Shown here: positions 38,886-48,510 of the stretch, piece by piece
How the letters are laid out: each line of letters starts with the position of its first letter
Position numbering within the stretch: the stretch's first letter is position 1
Assembly (NCBI GenBank): GCA_964446885.1
Contig: CAYUQV010000004.1
Location: forward strand, 36,381 to 100,380
DNA length: 64,000 nt
Reading direction: 5' to 3'
Source of the DNA: an uncultured Methylocucumis sp.
GTDB lineage: Bacteria; Pseudomonadota; Gammaproteobacteria; Methylococcales; Methylomonadaceae
Notes under the pieces: model-generated
The model's database searches: none
The model's input: the letters and a program-made list of their open reading frames with translations, nothing else
What the model was told of the DNA's origin: nothing
Made by a program: the position numbers and the translations under genes

Positions 38886-40586
38886 ATGAGCATTCACGAT
38901 ATGCCTTTGATCCAAACCCTCATCCCCCATCTGCCCCGTTATGCCGAAGAAGAAGGCGATTTTTACGCCGTACCGCGCACGGCCTTAATTGACGCACTGT
39001 GCCAAGCACCGCTTGACCGTGCCGTTGCCGAAATGGCGGTTGCTTTAGTTGAAACTTTACTCGATACCTTGGCGGTGCTGGATACGGATTGTTTGCAAAG
39101 GGGTGAGTGGTGTTGGGTATCGTTTCCGGCGCAGTTGTTGGCGTTGTCGGTGTTGACGGCGTGGGGCGATCCCGATTCGCGGTTTTTTGCCGCGCATTTT
39201 TGGAATACGCAAGGCATCGCCGATGCCAAGAAAGAGCAACAACGCGATGTGCTCCGCGCCATAGAAACGCGCCGCGTGAAACATCACATTCACAAAGCAG
39301 CTAAACCCATCCGCTACATTTATGTGGCATGGAGTGTCATTAAATTGGACGGCAAGATTTTGTTGTACCAGCGCGAAGACACCCGCAAAAATCATGACGT
39401 GCTGGCGGGTGATTATGGTTTAGTGGGTGGACGGTTGAACCAGCGGGATGTGGCGGGGGCGTGGACGAAGCCCGATTTGCTCACCGCTCTGCAATCAGGC
39501 GATTGCCCGTTGATGAAAGCGGCGTTGCCGACTACTTTGCAACGCGAATTGCACGAAGAAACGGGGCTGGAATACGGGCGGCATTATCAATTTAAGCCTT
39601 GGCGGTGCTTAAAGCCTTATCGGCAAGTGCAAGGTTCCGCACCTAACCACGCGCTGACGGATTATTATTTTGAAGTGTTCCAGATTGAATTGACGCTGGC
39701 AGGTTATTTGTTCTTGCAACGGCAAGTCCAGCAAGATGAGCGGTTGGTTTGGTTTAGCCCAAAAGACATGCTGCCCGGCAAATCGGCTAAAGATTTGCCG
39801 TATCTTCATGCTTTGTTGGCAGATTTTGCTGATGACAGCGTGGCCTTTGAACAGGCCTTGGCGGCGTTGCCGGACAGTTTTGGCGCGGGTTATTGTGTCG
39901 ATAAACCTAAATATGGCGTGACGGTTTTACTGGGTGCAGAAAAACCTGTTTTGGTGGGGATGTGGGGCAAAGAAAAGCCTTTAGATGTGGTTTTAACGGC
40001 CCGGCAAACGGCTTTGTTGTTGGGTTTGGCGGCGCATGGGCGCGGGTTTGGTTTTGCTTCGGTGCCGGAACAGATGGCGTTTTTGCCTTATGGCTGGGTG
40101 GATGTTTGCAACCATCCGGCCTTGCAAGCTGAGTTGAAAGGGTTGGCGGCCTGTTTGCAAGCTACCGATGCCCACATTGAAGTGTATCAAGATCATTTAT
40201 TCCGTTTGTCGGTCAATCCGGCGATGGTGTTTTTTGATGAAACGTTGTTTGTGTGTTCGGTGCAACAGGCGGAATTACAGGGCAAACACGCGAAAATAGC
40301 GGTCACATTGACCCGTAAACCGTTCATGACGGCATTCGGGGCAGTGGTGGAAACGGCGGAAGTGTTCACGCTGAAACGGGCGTTTGTCGGGCAATTAGGA
40401 CAGCTTTACCAACGGGTATTGGATGGCGTTGAGGATTTTGATGGCACGCTTAAAGCGGCAAAAATCGAAGATGCTTACGAAAAAACGCTGCACAAGGATG
40501 CCCGTTTTTTGGCCTTGGGTTTGCGGAAACTGCTACGCCATGAGAATGGTTTTATTCGGTTTTGCGGGGCTTTTGTCAGTCAGTAG
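38886..40586 (+). CDS. large NUDIX-domain protein with an extended NUDIX box
   Basis: 'ILLYQRED', 'YGLVGG' followed about 37 aa later by 'RELHEETGL'; unknown N- and C-terminal domains. Confidence 0.75.
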   Translation: MSIHDMPLIQTLIPHLPRYAEEEGDFYAVPRTALIDALCQAPLDRAVAEMAVALVETLLDTLAVLDTDCLQRGEWCWVSFPAQLLALSVLTAWGDPDSRFFAAHFWNTQGIADAKKEQQRDVLRAIETRRVKHHIHKAAKPIRYIYVAWSVIKLDGKILLYQREDTRKNHDVLAGDYGLVGGRLNQRDVAGAWTKPDLLTALQSGDCPLMKAALPTTLQRELHEETGLEYGRHYQFKPWRCLKPYRQVQGSAPNHALTDYYFEVFQIELTLAGYLFLQRQVQQDERLVWFSPKDMLPGKSAKDLPYLHALLADFADDSVAFEQALAALPDSFGAGYCVDKPKYGVTVLLGAEKPVLVGMWGKEKPLDVVLTARQTALLLGLAAHGRGFGFASVPEQMAFLPYGWVDVCNHPALQAELKGLAACLQATDAHIEVYQDHLFRLSVNPAMVFFDETLFVCSVQQAELQGKHAKIAVTLTRKPFMTAFGAVVETAEVFTLKRAFVGQLGQLYQRVLDGVEDFDGTLKAAKIEDAYEKTLHKDARFLALGLRKLLRHENGFIRFCGAFVSQ

Positions 40587-40610
40587 GGAAGGGCGGGGCT
40601 GTTCTTGACT

Positions 40611-40665
40611 TGCGGAGCTTAGGTCTCTTGCCCGCAATGGGCGGACAAAAGACCTAAGCTCCGCA
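40611..40665. repeat. 25-bp-stem hairpin (REP-like or terminator)
   Basis: TGCGGAGCTTAGGTCTCTTGCCCGC-AATGG-GCGGACAAAAGACCTAAGCTCCGCA. Confidence 0.7.
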
Positions 40666-40728
40666 CTAAACTTACTTTAAAAACCACAATGCTTTATCAT
40701 GGGCGCATCATTTTAGCGAGTTAACCCG

Positions 40729-42954
40729 ATGAATTCTGTGCCTGAACAAGCGACTGACCGTCGTTTCTCCTTGATTTTGCTGTTTGCGGTGACGTTGTTC
40801 ACTAGCGCGTCATTGATGTTTGTCCTGCAACCCTTGTTTGGCAAATTGCTGTTGCCGTTGCTGGGCGGGTCGCCTGCGGTGTGGAACACCTGCATGGTGT
40901 TTTATCAAAGCATTTTGTTTTTGGGCTACCTTTACGCCCACGCGCTGGCGGTGCGATTTAGCGTTACCCAACAAATCCTGATCCATTTGGCCTTGATTGC
41001 CCTGAGCTTTTTGGCTTTACCAGTGGGTTTGCCAGAAGCGATAGACCCGCCTACCGAAACCGACCCGACGTTTTGGTTGTTATCGACCTTAGGTTTGGCG
41101 ATAGGCTTGCCGTTTTTTGTCTTGTCCACCACCGCGCCGCTGATCCAAAAATGGTTTGCGCAAGTGGGCCACCACTCCAGCCATGACCCTTATTTCTTGT
41201 ATGCCGCCAGCAACACGGGCAGTTTGTTGGCGTTGTTGAGCTATCCGTTTGTATTGGAACCGAATATCGGACTAGCCGCACAGCAGACGGATTGGAGCAT
41301 CGGCTATGGTTTGTTGGGCGTATTGATTGCCGGATGTGCCGCGATGTTGTGGAAAAACCGTGCCGCCACGTTCACGGAAACGGCCAGCGAAGAGGCCGGG
41401 AGCATCCCGTTCAGCACGCAACTGCATTGGCTGGCCTTGGCGTTAGTGCCATCGAGTTTGTTGCTGGGTTTGACCAATTTTATCAGCACCGACATTGCTT
41501 CTGTGCCGCTGTTGTGGGTGATTCCTTTAACGGTTTATTTGCTGTCATTCATCATCGTATTTTCAAAATGGAATGATGCCATCCATCCGTGGATGGTGCG
41601 TATCCAGCCCGTGTTTCTTGTGCCGTTTATTGCCTATGCGTTCATCAATCCGGCGGATTTGCCGTATTGGGCGTACCTGATTTTGCATGTCATCGCGTTT
41701 TTCTTTGCGATTATGGTGTGCCACGGTGAATTGGCGAAACTGCGCCCGCATACCCGGCATTTGACGCGCTTTTATTTAATCATGTCGTTTGCCGGGATGT
41801 TGGGCGGCATGTTCAATACCTTTGTTGCGCCGTTTATTTTCAATGGCATTTACGAATACCCGATCATGATCGTCGCGGCACTGTTGTTACGCCCTGGTTT
41901 TGTGTCCGGCGGCAAATGGGGTTGGCAACTGGCTCCGCCCGGCTTATTGCTTGCGGTGGGTTTGGTGCTGTATGTCACCGTCAGCAATTTGCTGGATTAT
42001 TTTGATGCCATCGCGATTAGTTTGATGGTGCTGACGCTGGTGGTTTTCTTTTTCCGTAAACAACCTGTGCTATTTGCGTTATCGTCCGGGGCGGTGATTG
42101 CTTTAGCGTTGGGTGTACACAGTTTGTCGGCGCATACGCTGTTCCAAGACCGCACTTTTTTTGGTGTGTTGGCGGTGCGCGAAAGTACCTTGACTAATGA
42201 ACAAGGCCAACCGGAAATCTATCGGGAATTGTTCCACGGTACGACCAAACACGGGGCGCAACGCCTGCCCGCCAACCTCAGCACCATCCCGTTGACTTAC
42301 TACAGCCGCCCAGGGCCGATGGGGCAATTGTTCAAAGCGTATGACAGCGTTAACCAACATTGGCGGATCGGCAGTGTCGGTTTGGGGGCTGGCGCGTTGG
42401 CCTGTTATGCCAAACCGGGGCAACAGTGGACGCTGTACGAAATTGACCCGTTAGTCGTGGACATCGCCAGTGATCCGCAGTGGTTCACTTATCTGAGCCA
42501 ATGCAACAAAACCGCACACATGAGCATCGGCGATGCCCGGTTGTCATTGGCGAAAGAAGCCGACCACAGTTTTGATTTGTTGATTTTGGATGCGTTCAGC
42601 TCCGATGCCGTGCCGACCCATTTGCTGACCGAAGAAGCGATGAAGCTGTATTTCCAAAAGCTCAAACCGAACGGCATCTTGGCTTTCCACATCACTAACC
42701 GCCATTTGTTGCTGAAAAAAGTCCTGTCCATCCACGCCGAAAACCTGCATTTGGCGGCGTTGATTGAGGAATTTACGCCACCCACTGAACAGCCACTCGT
42801 CGTGGCGACTGATTGGGTGGCCTTAGCCCAACAATCGGACACTTTAGAACCCTTACGCACCAGTTTGCTAGGCACTTGGCAAAAAATGCCGCTGTATTTT
42901 GATATGAAGCCTTGGACGGATGACTTTACCAATATTGTCGGGATTTGGAAGTGA
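40729..42954 (+). CDS. fused multi-TM / spermidine-synthase-like SAM-dependent protein
   Basis: Multiple TM helices ('QPLFGKLLLPLLGGSPAVW', 'YAASNTGSL', 'CHGEL'); C-terminal 'VGLGAG', 'YEIDP', 'GDAR', 'LDAFSSD'. Confidence 0.9.
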   Translation: MNSVPEQATDRRFSLILLFAVTLFTSASLMFVLQPLFGKLLLPLLGGSPAVWNTCMVFYQSILFLGYLYAHALAVRFSVTQQILIHLALIALSFLALPVGLPEAIDPPTETDPTFWLLSTLGLAIGLPFFVLSTTAPLIQKWFAQVGHHSSHDPYFLYAASNTGSLLALLSYPFVLEPNIGLAAQQTDWSIGYGLLGVLIAGCAAMLWKNRAATFTETASEEAGSIPFSTQLHWLALALVPSSLLLGLTNFISTDIASVPLLWVIPLTVYLLSFIIVFSKWNDAIHPWMVRIQPVFLVPFIAYAFINPADLPYWAYLILHVIAFFFAIMVCHGELAKLRPHTRHLTRFYLIMSFAGMLGGMFNTFVAPFIFNGIYEYPIMIVAALLLRPGFVSGGKWGWQLAPPGLLLAVGLVLYVTVSNLLDYFDAIAISLMVLTLVVFFFRKQPVLFALSSGAVIALALGVHSLSAHTLFQDRTFFGVLAVRESTLTNEQGQPEIYRELFHGTTKHGAQRLPANLSTIPLTYYSRPGPMGQLFKAYDSVNQHWRIGSVGLGAGALACYAKPGQQWTLYEIDPLVVDIASDPQWFTYLSQCNKTAHMSIGDARLSLAKEADHSFDLLILDAFSSDAVPTHLLTEEAMKLYFQKLKPNGILAFHITNRHLLLKKVLSIHAENLHLAALIEEFTPPTEQPLVVATDWVALAQQSDTLEPLRTSLLGTWQKMPLYFDMKPWTDDFTNIVGIWK

Positions 42955-43102
42955 TGGTTTTGGCTAACCAAAGCGATGCTATCCGATTTAACTCATACGA
43001 TCCTTAACTTAACGGCATTCGGATACATCCTGCCGCGTTCGGTTATAATGCAAACGCTGTTTTTTCATTGATACGTTGCCCCACATACCCTTTAAAAATC
43101 AT

Positions 43103-43903
43103 ATGATTAACGATTCCCAGAAAATTCAACGCCTTAACCGTAAGTTAAAAATACAAGACAAACAAATTGAGCAGTTAAGGACAAAGGTATTCGCCCTTCA
43201 AGAAGCCCTTATCAGGAACAATAGCCTTGCCATTTGTGACTTGGATCATCCCTTGGCGGCAATATCACCGATTGTCGCCCGGTTTTTCCCGGAGTCGCGT
43301 AGTACAGTGATTGCGTTTGGAGGGATGCTGAAAATGTTGGGTATGCCGCCCGCCGAGTTTTTGAAGACGTTCACCAGCAAACAAGTCAACACCATTTTCG
43401 TTAAAGACTTTCAGCAATGCTGGTATCAACAAGGCCTGCTAGGGCTTACCAGTGGTATTGAGGAAACGGCGGCCCTTATCAAACAACAAATTCCCGCTGA
43501 CCAAGAAAATGTTTATACGATTGGCACAAGTGCCGGGGGATTCGCCGCTATTCTGTTCGGGACGTTAATGGGCGCTGACAAGATTATGGCTTTTGGCCCG
43601 CAAACCATCGTCACCAAAGAAGAGTTCGAAACCTTTAAAAGTATTGACTCTAGGCTCAATGACATTGATTTGAATGGCCAATTTTTAGACTTGCAGAAAT
43701 TGCTTAACACCACTGCCCATAATGGTGAGGTGCACATTCATTTCTCAGAAGGGCATAAAGATGACAAGCTTGCGGCGGAGCGGTTATCGGGCATTAACAA
43801 CGTCCATTTGTATCCTTGGCAGACTGACAACCATAACATTGCAGGCTGGCTCAAAAAGGCAGATAAATTGGAAGCTATTTTTACCGGGACTTTGGGCGTT
43901 TGA
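43103..43903 (+). CDS. alpha/beta-hydrolase-fold protein with N-terminal coiled coil
   Basis: Nucleophile elbow 'IGTSAGG', 'AFGPQT', C-terminal 'DNHN'. Confidence 0.65.
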   Translation: MINDSQKIQRLNRKLKIQDKQIEQLRTKVFALQEALIRNNSLAICDLDHPLAAISPIVARFFPESRSTVIAFGGMLKMLGMPPAEFLKTFTSKQVNTIFVKDFQQCWYQQGLLGLTSGIEETAALIKQQIPADQENVYTIGTSAGGFAAILFGTLMGADKIMAFGPQTIVTKEEFETFKSIDSRLNDIDLNGQFLDLQKLLNTTAHNGEVHIHFSEGHKDDKLAAERLSGINNVHLYPWQTDNHNIAGWLKKADKLEAIFTGTLGV

Positions 43904-43948
43904 ATTTGATGGCACAGGCGGCTTAATGTACTGAGGCCATCAGCGAAA

Positions 43949-43987
43949 AAAAAAGGGGTGCAAGAACTGTTCTTGCACCCCTTTTTT
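43949..43987. terminator. bidirectional intrinsic terminator
   Basis: AAAAAAGGGGTGCAAGAA-CTG-TTCTTGCACCCCTTTTTT between convergent genes. Confidence 0.85.
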
Positions 43988-44003
43988 GTGCCTGTTGTAG
44001 ATG

Positions 44004-45302
44004 TTAAGGCTTAGAAAAGATATTCAACTTGCTATAAAGCCCTTTCAATTGTCCGGTTAAGGGCTTTTCTTCAACGACCACTTCTGGTTCAGGTTCCGGC
44101 TCTGGAATCACCACTTCTTCCACTACTTCCGGTTCAGGTTTGCGCCATCGTTGTTGCAGGCCATTCATGGCTTGTTGCGCTTGGCCTAGTTGGCCTGTCA
44201 GCGAGCCTAACCACGATGGTTTGGTTTCCGTGACGGTTTCAGCCACAGGAGGGGCAATTTCCGGTTGCTCTTGCGCAATTGGCTCAGGTTCGGGTGTCGG
44301 TGGGGTGGCTTCTTCCGGTGCGCTCTGTGTGCCAAAACCACCTAAATTCATGCTGCCCAGCAGTTTTGAGAAAAAGGGTTTTTCCGCAACAGGTGCTTCG
44401 GCGGCAGGTTCAGGTTCGGCTGGCGTGGGTGCAGGAGCTTGCAATTCAACCGCTGGCACAGGTTTGGGTTCCGGTTCTGGGCTGGCAACGGCGATGGGTT
44501 CTGGGGCTGGAACAGGAGCGGCAGGCTTTGGTGCGGGAGCTGGAACAACGGCGGCTGCTTCCGCTTGGACGGCTAGAGCGGCTTCCAATTCGTGGATTTT
44601 TTGTGTTGCAGCTTCCAAATCCTGGCTGATTTGTGCCCGTTCGGTTTCTAAGTTGGCGATTTGGGCTTTATCCGCTTGGCTTTCAGTTTCCAAACTTAAA
44701 CGCGCCTGCACTTGGTCGGCGTAGTCTGCTTGTTGCGCCAGTATCGCCGTCAATTGGCGGCTTTTCAGTAGGGCAGCGTTCACGTCATTAAACAAGGCCA
44801 TACGGCCTACGGTCAGGCTTTCAATCCGCCGTTTGTAGGCTTGGTTTTTGTTTTCAAGCGCCAGCAAAATTTCTTCCGATTGACTATTGACGGCTTGTTC
44901 CGATAAAACTTCGGTCAACTGGCGGCATTCAAGTTTGGCTAGGTTCAAGTCATTAAAGATTTTCATCTTCGCCAATTCTAATCTACCGATATAGTTTTTA
45001 TAGCTGCGGTTTTTGGCCTGTAATTTGGAAAGGCTGCTTTCAAGTGTGGTTTGCGCGATTTGTTGGTCGTCAAAGGCTGTTTGGATGTCGGCCAGTTGCG
45101 CTTCAAAATCACGGGTGCTGTCATTCAACTCTTGTAAGGTGACGCGGGCTTGGATAATTTCGTGTTCCAGTTGTTTGACTTGGCGGCGGTAACGGGCGCG
45201 GACGGACAACATCAGTAAAAAGCTGGCGAAAACCGCGACAACCGCACCGACGATGGCGGCATATAACGGGTTGTTTTGAATCATGGATAGGTATGGTTCC
45301 AT
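44004..45302 (-). CDS. membrane-anchored coiled-coil protein with a Pro/Glu-rich tail
   Basis: N-terminal TM (aa 14-34), ~200-aa coiled coil with an internal duplication, PAPEPEP-rich region; GGAGG RBS. Confidence 0.8.
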   Translation of the reverse strand: MEPYLSMIQNNPLYAAIVGAVVAVFASFLLMLSVRARYRRQVKQLEHEIIQARVTLQELNDSTRDFEAQLADIQTAFDDQQIAQTTLESSLSKLQAKNRSYKNYIGRLELAKMKIFNDLNLAKLECRQLTEVLSEQAVNSQSEEILLALENKNQAYKRRIESLTVGRMALFNDVNAALLKSRQLTAILAQQADYADQVQARLSLETESQADKAQIANLETERAQISQDLEAATQKIHELEAALAVQAEAAAVVPAPAPKPAAPVPAPEPIAVASPEPEPKPVPAVELQAPAPTPAEPEPAAEAPVAEKPFFSKLLGSMNLGGFGTQSAPEEATPPTPEPEPIAQEQPEIAPPVAETVTETKPSWLGSLTGQLGQAQQAMNGLQQRWRKPEPEVVEEVVIPEPEPEPEVVVEEKPLTGQLKGLYSKLNIFSKP

Positions 45303-45473
45303 ATCCCCCTCCTGTAATAGTGCATTTTTAAATGGATGGCAGTTTAACGGGCCGGGTCACCCCACTGTCTTGTTTTTGTTGAAAAGCTAAAAAAATCAAC
45401 AGGTAATTGCCAACCAAGGGCTAGGCAATGGGCTGCATACTAACTGATGTTACGGCACTTAATCCAGTCAATT

Positions 45474-45980
45474 TTAGACTTCATCGCTCGGTTTTCCCTT
45501 CGTACCTATACGCTTGATAATTTCCTCAACTATATTCGCTTCAGTTTCGGTGAACTGCACCTCTTCACCTTCAGGCGTATCGCTAATTTTTTGTTTTAGT
45601 TTGTAAAGCCGATAGCCACCATACCCAAAACTGGCAGCACCTCCCGCCGTTGCAAGACCGACAGCTAAAGGAACCCAAATTGGAGTAGAAGAGATAATGC
45701 CGACTGACATTAACACGCCAGTAATTCCAGACGCTCCGACAGTTGTGCCGAAGATACCAGCACTACCGATAATGCTGCCTGCTACGCCAGATAGGTACAA
45801 TGCACCAGCGCCAAGAGCTGTTGACCCAGCTGTTATAAGCCCGCCTATGGCTGCGGTGCTGAGATATGTTCCTGTAACATAACCAGCCGCTGATGTAACG
45901 ATCATTCCACCAGCAGCATGAGGTACTAGCGTACCTCCAGCCGCAAGTGCCGAGATTATAGGGATAAGTGGTAGTGGCAT
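45474..45980 (-). CDS. Gly/Ala/Thr-rich hydrophobic hypothetical protein
   Basis: GGAGG RBS; ~120-aa hydrophobic Gly-rich stretch followed by a charged tail. Confidence 0.7.
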   Translation of the reverse strand: MPLPLIPIISALAAGGTLVPHAAGGMIVTSAAGYVTGTYLSTAAIGGLITAGSTALGAGALYLSGVAGSIIGSAGIFGTTVGASGITGVLMSVGIISSTPIWVPLAVGLATAGGAASFGYGGYRLYKLKQKISDTPEGEEVQFTETEANIVEEIIKRIGTKGKPSDEV

Positions 45981-46017
45981 AATTTCCTCCGCGTTTTCCT
46001 TGAAGCCTAACTGTTTG

Positions 46018-46560
46018 TTATGAATTAGACAATGATTCTAAATGCTTGTTTTTCAAAATAACATAATGCTCCGCCGAGTATTCTAAAAACGCTTTTTCGG
46101 AATCGGTCAACGGGCGGGCTGGTTTGGCGGGTGAACCGACATACAAAAAGCCGCTTTCCAGATGCTTGCCGGGCGGGACTAAGGCTCCGGCACCGAGCAT
46201 CACATAATCGTCCAGCACGGCATCGTCCATGATGATTGCGCCGATGCCCACCAAACAATAGTCGCCAATCGTGCAGGCGTGGACAACAGCCCGATGGCCA
46301 ATCGTGACACTTTTGCCGATGGTCAATGGATGGCCTTGTGGGGAGAATTTTCCGGCATGGGAGACATGCAGCACCGCACCGTCTTGGACATTCGTGCCTG
46401 CACCGATGCGGATGCGTTCGACATCGCCACGGATCACGGTCATCGGCCATACGGACACGTCATCACCTAAGATGACATCGCCGATCACCAAGGCTTGTTC
46501 GTCAATGTAGACGGCTGCACCTAATTGCGGAAAGTGGTTTTGAAAAGCTCTGATGGTCAC
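46018..46560 (-). CDS. gamma carbonic anhydrase family protein (YrdA-like)
   Basis: Hexapeptide repeats; 'IRGDV', 'NVQDGAVLH', 'TIGHRAVVHACTIG'. Start GTG 46560. Confidence 0.92.
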   Translation of the reverse strand: MTIRAFQNHFPQLGAAVYIDEQALVIGDVILGDDVSVWPMTVIRGDVERIRIGAGTNVQDGAVLHVSHAGKFSPQGHPLTIGKSVTIGHRAVVHACTIGDYCLVGIGAIIMDDAVLDDYVMLGAGALVPPGKHLESGFLYVGSPAKPARPLTDSEKAFLEYSAEHYVILKNKHLESLSNS

Positions 46561-46591
46561 ACGTTTTCCTCTGTTTTTATGGTTAAAAGTC

Positions 46592-47530
46592 TTAAAACAA
46601 CGCCAACGCTTCCAAGCATTGGCTGGTATGTGCAAAACCGCTGCCTGGTTCAAGCCTGAAGCCGGGCAACACAAACCCGTAACTTAAGCCTGCTTGGTCG
46701 GCTTCGATGACCCAGCGGCATAATTGGCTTAGGCGTTGTTCGGTGTCGTAGCCGCTGGTTTGTGAATAATCCAACCAGATTTGCGCCGAACTGCCGCCCC
46801 CGTATTGTTTGCTATACAGCCCCAAGCCTTTGGCATAGGCCTTCCAATGGATGTGCCGGATCGGGTCGCCCGCTTGATATTCTTGCATCCCATAAAAATC
46901 ATCCGCGCCTTTTTTACTGAACCCCTGCTGATAATCGCCAGCTGCCGTTTCTGGCAATGGGCTGCTTTGGGCGGCGGGTTGCGGATACACCAGCACTTTT
47001 AGGTCAAACCGCATCGGCGACCACGGGCGGAACAAGCCTAGCGGATACGTGCTGGCGACGGTGACTTTTCCGGCTTCATGCCAACCGCGTTGGCGGGTGG
47101 CACAATACATCGGCACAGAGATTTTGGTGTAGGCCGGAACAGTCACGCTTTCGGTGTTTTCAAGCGTGACTTGCAAATGTTCGCGGGGCATGTTGCTGGG
47201 GTTGTCGAGATAAATCTCAAAACAGGCCGGGTGTCCGGCAAACACGGGCTTGGCTTGCCCCGCTTGTATGCTCAGGCCCGATAAGGCGCGGAAACTGTGG
47301 AAGATGGTGACAAAAAAGACGCTGGCGATCAGGAAGGTCAACAGGTACGCCAAGTTGTTGTTATACACAAAGGCGATCAACAACAGCAAAATCAGTAAGA
47401 CACCAAAGCCCAAACCCCGTTGGGTGGGCAAAATATAAATCCGGTGATGGGTCAGGAGGATGGGTTTTCCGTCCATGCTTTTTTCGCCCATAAAAAAACG
47501 GTGGTTTTTGATCCGTTCCCGAATGCTCAA
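46592..47530 (-). CDS. DUF58 domain protein
   Basis: 'IYILPT..G', 'YPLGLF', 'EYQAGDPIRHIHWKA'; ATGA-coupled to MoxR. Confidence 0.9.
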   Translation of the reverse strand: MSIRERIKNHRFFMGEKSMDGKPILLTHHRIYILPTQRGLGFGVLLILLLLIAFVYNNNLAYLLTFLIASVFFVTIFHSFRALSGLSIQAGQAKPVFAGHPACFEIYLDNPSNMPREHLQVTLENTESVTVPAYTKISVPMYCATRQRGWHEAGKVTVASTYPLGLFRPWSPMRFDLKVLVYPQPAAQSSPLPETAAGDYQQGFSKKGADDFYGMQEYQAGDPIRHIHWKAYAKGLGLYSKQYGGGSSAQIWLDYSQTSGYDTEQRLSQLCRWVIEADQAGLSYGFVLPGFRLEPGSGFAHTSQCLEALALF

Positions 47531-48432
47531 TGGATGGCAACCTTTTCCAGCAAGGGCGCGACAATGGACTCAGAATGGGAGCTGCCCGCCCGTAAACGAT
47601 GCCCCGCCACTGCCGCCAACACTGCTTGCACGTCTTCAGGCAGCACCGAGTCACGTTCGGCCATCAAGGCCCAGGCTTTGGCGGCACGTAACAAGGCCAA
47701 TCCGCCACGCGGTGATAAGCCACACGGATAATCCGGCGAGGTGCGGGTGAAATTAATCAAGGCTTGGCAATAATCCAACAAAGCCGGGGAGACATGGATG
47801 TCGGTCACGGCGTTTTGGATGGCTTGCAATTGTGCGGGCGGGAGCTGCACAGTCAAACTTTCCAACAAATGCTGGCGGCTTTGTCCGGCCAACAACGCCC
47901 GTTCGGCGGCCATGTCCGGGTAGCCCAATTCAATCCGCATCAAAAAGCGGTCTAGTTGCGATTCCGGCAACGGGAACGTGCCGATTTGGTGGGATGGGTT
48001 TTGCGTGGCGATTACGAAAAACGGACTAGGCAAGGGGTAGGTTTTGCCTTCTACCGTCACTTGTTGTTCTTCCATTGCTTCCAACAATGCGCTTTGGGCT
48101 TTGGGTGTGGCGCGGTTGACTTCATCGGCCAGCACCATTTGGTTAAATACAGGGCCTGGGTGGAATTTAAAGCTGTTATTGGCACTATCAAACACCGATG
48201 CGCCCAAAATGTCGGAAGGCAACAAATCGCTAGTGAATTGGATGCGCTGATAATGCAGACCCAGCAATTTCGCCAAGGTATGCGCCAACGTGGTTTTGCC
48301 CACGCCCGGAATATCTTCAATCAGCAAATGCCCACGCGCCAGCAAACAACACACCGCCAAGCGGATTTTATGGTCTTTGCCGAGAATGATTTTATTGGCG
48401 GAAGCTAATAATTGGTTGATGGCGTTGTGCAT
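47527..48432 (-). CDS. MoxR family AAA+ ATPase
   Basis: 'EDIPGVGKT', 'IQFTSDLLPSD', 'ADEVNRA', 'ATQNP', 'LPESQLDRF', 'SPRG'. Confidence 0.95.
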   Translation of the reverse strand: MHNAINQLLASANKIILGKDHKIRLAVCCLLARGHLLIEDIPGVGKTTLAHTLAKLLGLHYQRIQFTSDLLPSDILGASVFDSANNSFKFHPGPVFNQMVLADEVNRATPKAQSALLEAMEEQQVTVEGKTYPLPSPFFVIATQNPSHQIGTFPLPESQLDRFLMRIELGYPDMAAERALLAGQSRQHLLESLTVQLPPAQLQAIQNAVTDIHVSPALLDYCQALINFTRTSPDYPCGLSPRGGLALLRAAKAWALMAERDSVLPEDVQAVLAAVAGHRLRAGSSHSESIVAPLLEKVAIH

Positions 48433-48510
48433 GGGTCACTTAAGGCAACAGGTTGGTTAAAAAGGCTAGAAAAAGCTTGCTGATACGCGGCTGTCCAATC
48501 GTCAGGGGAT

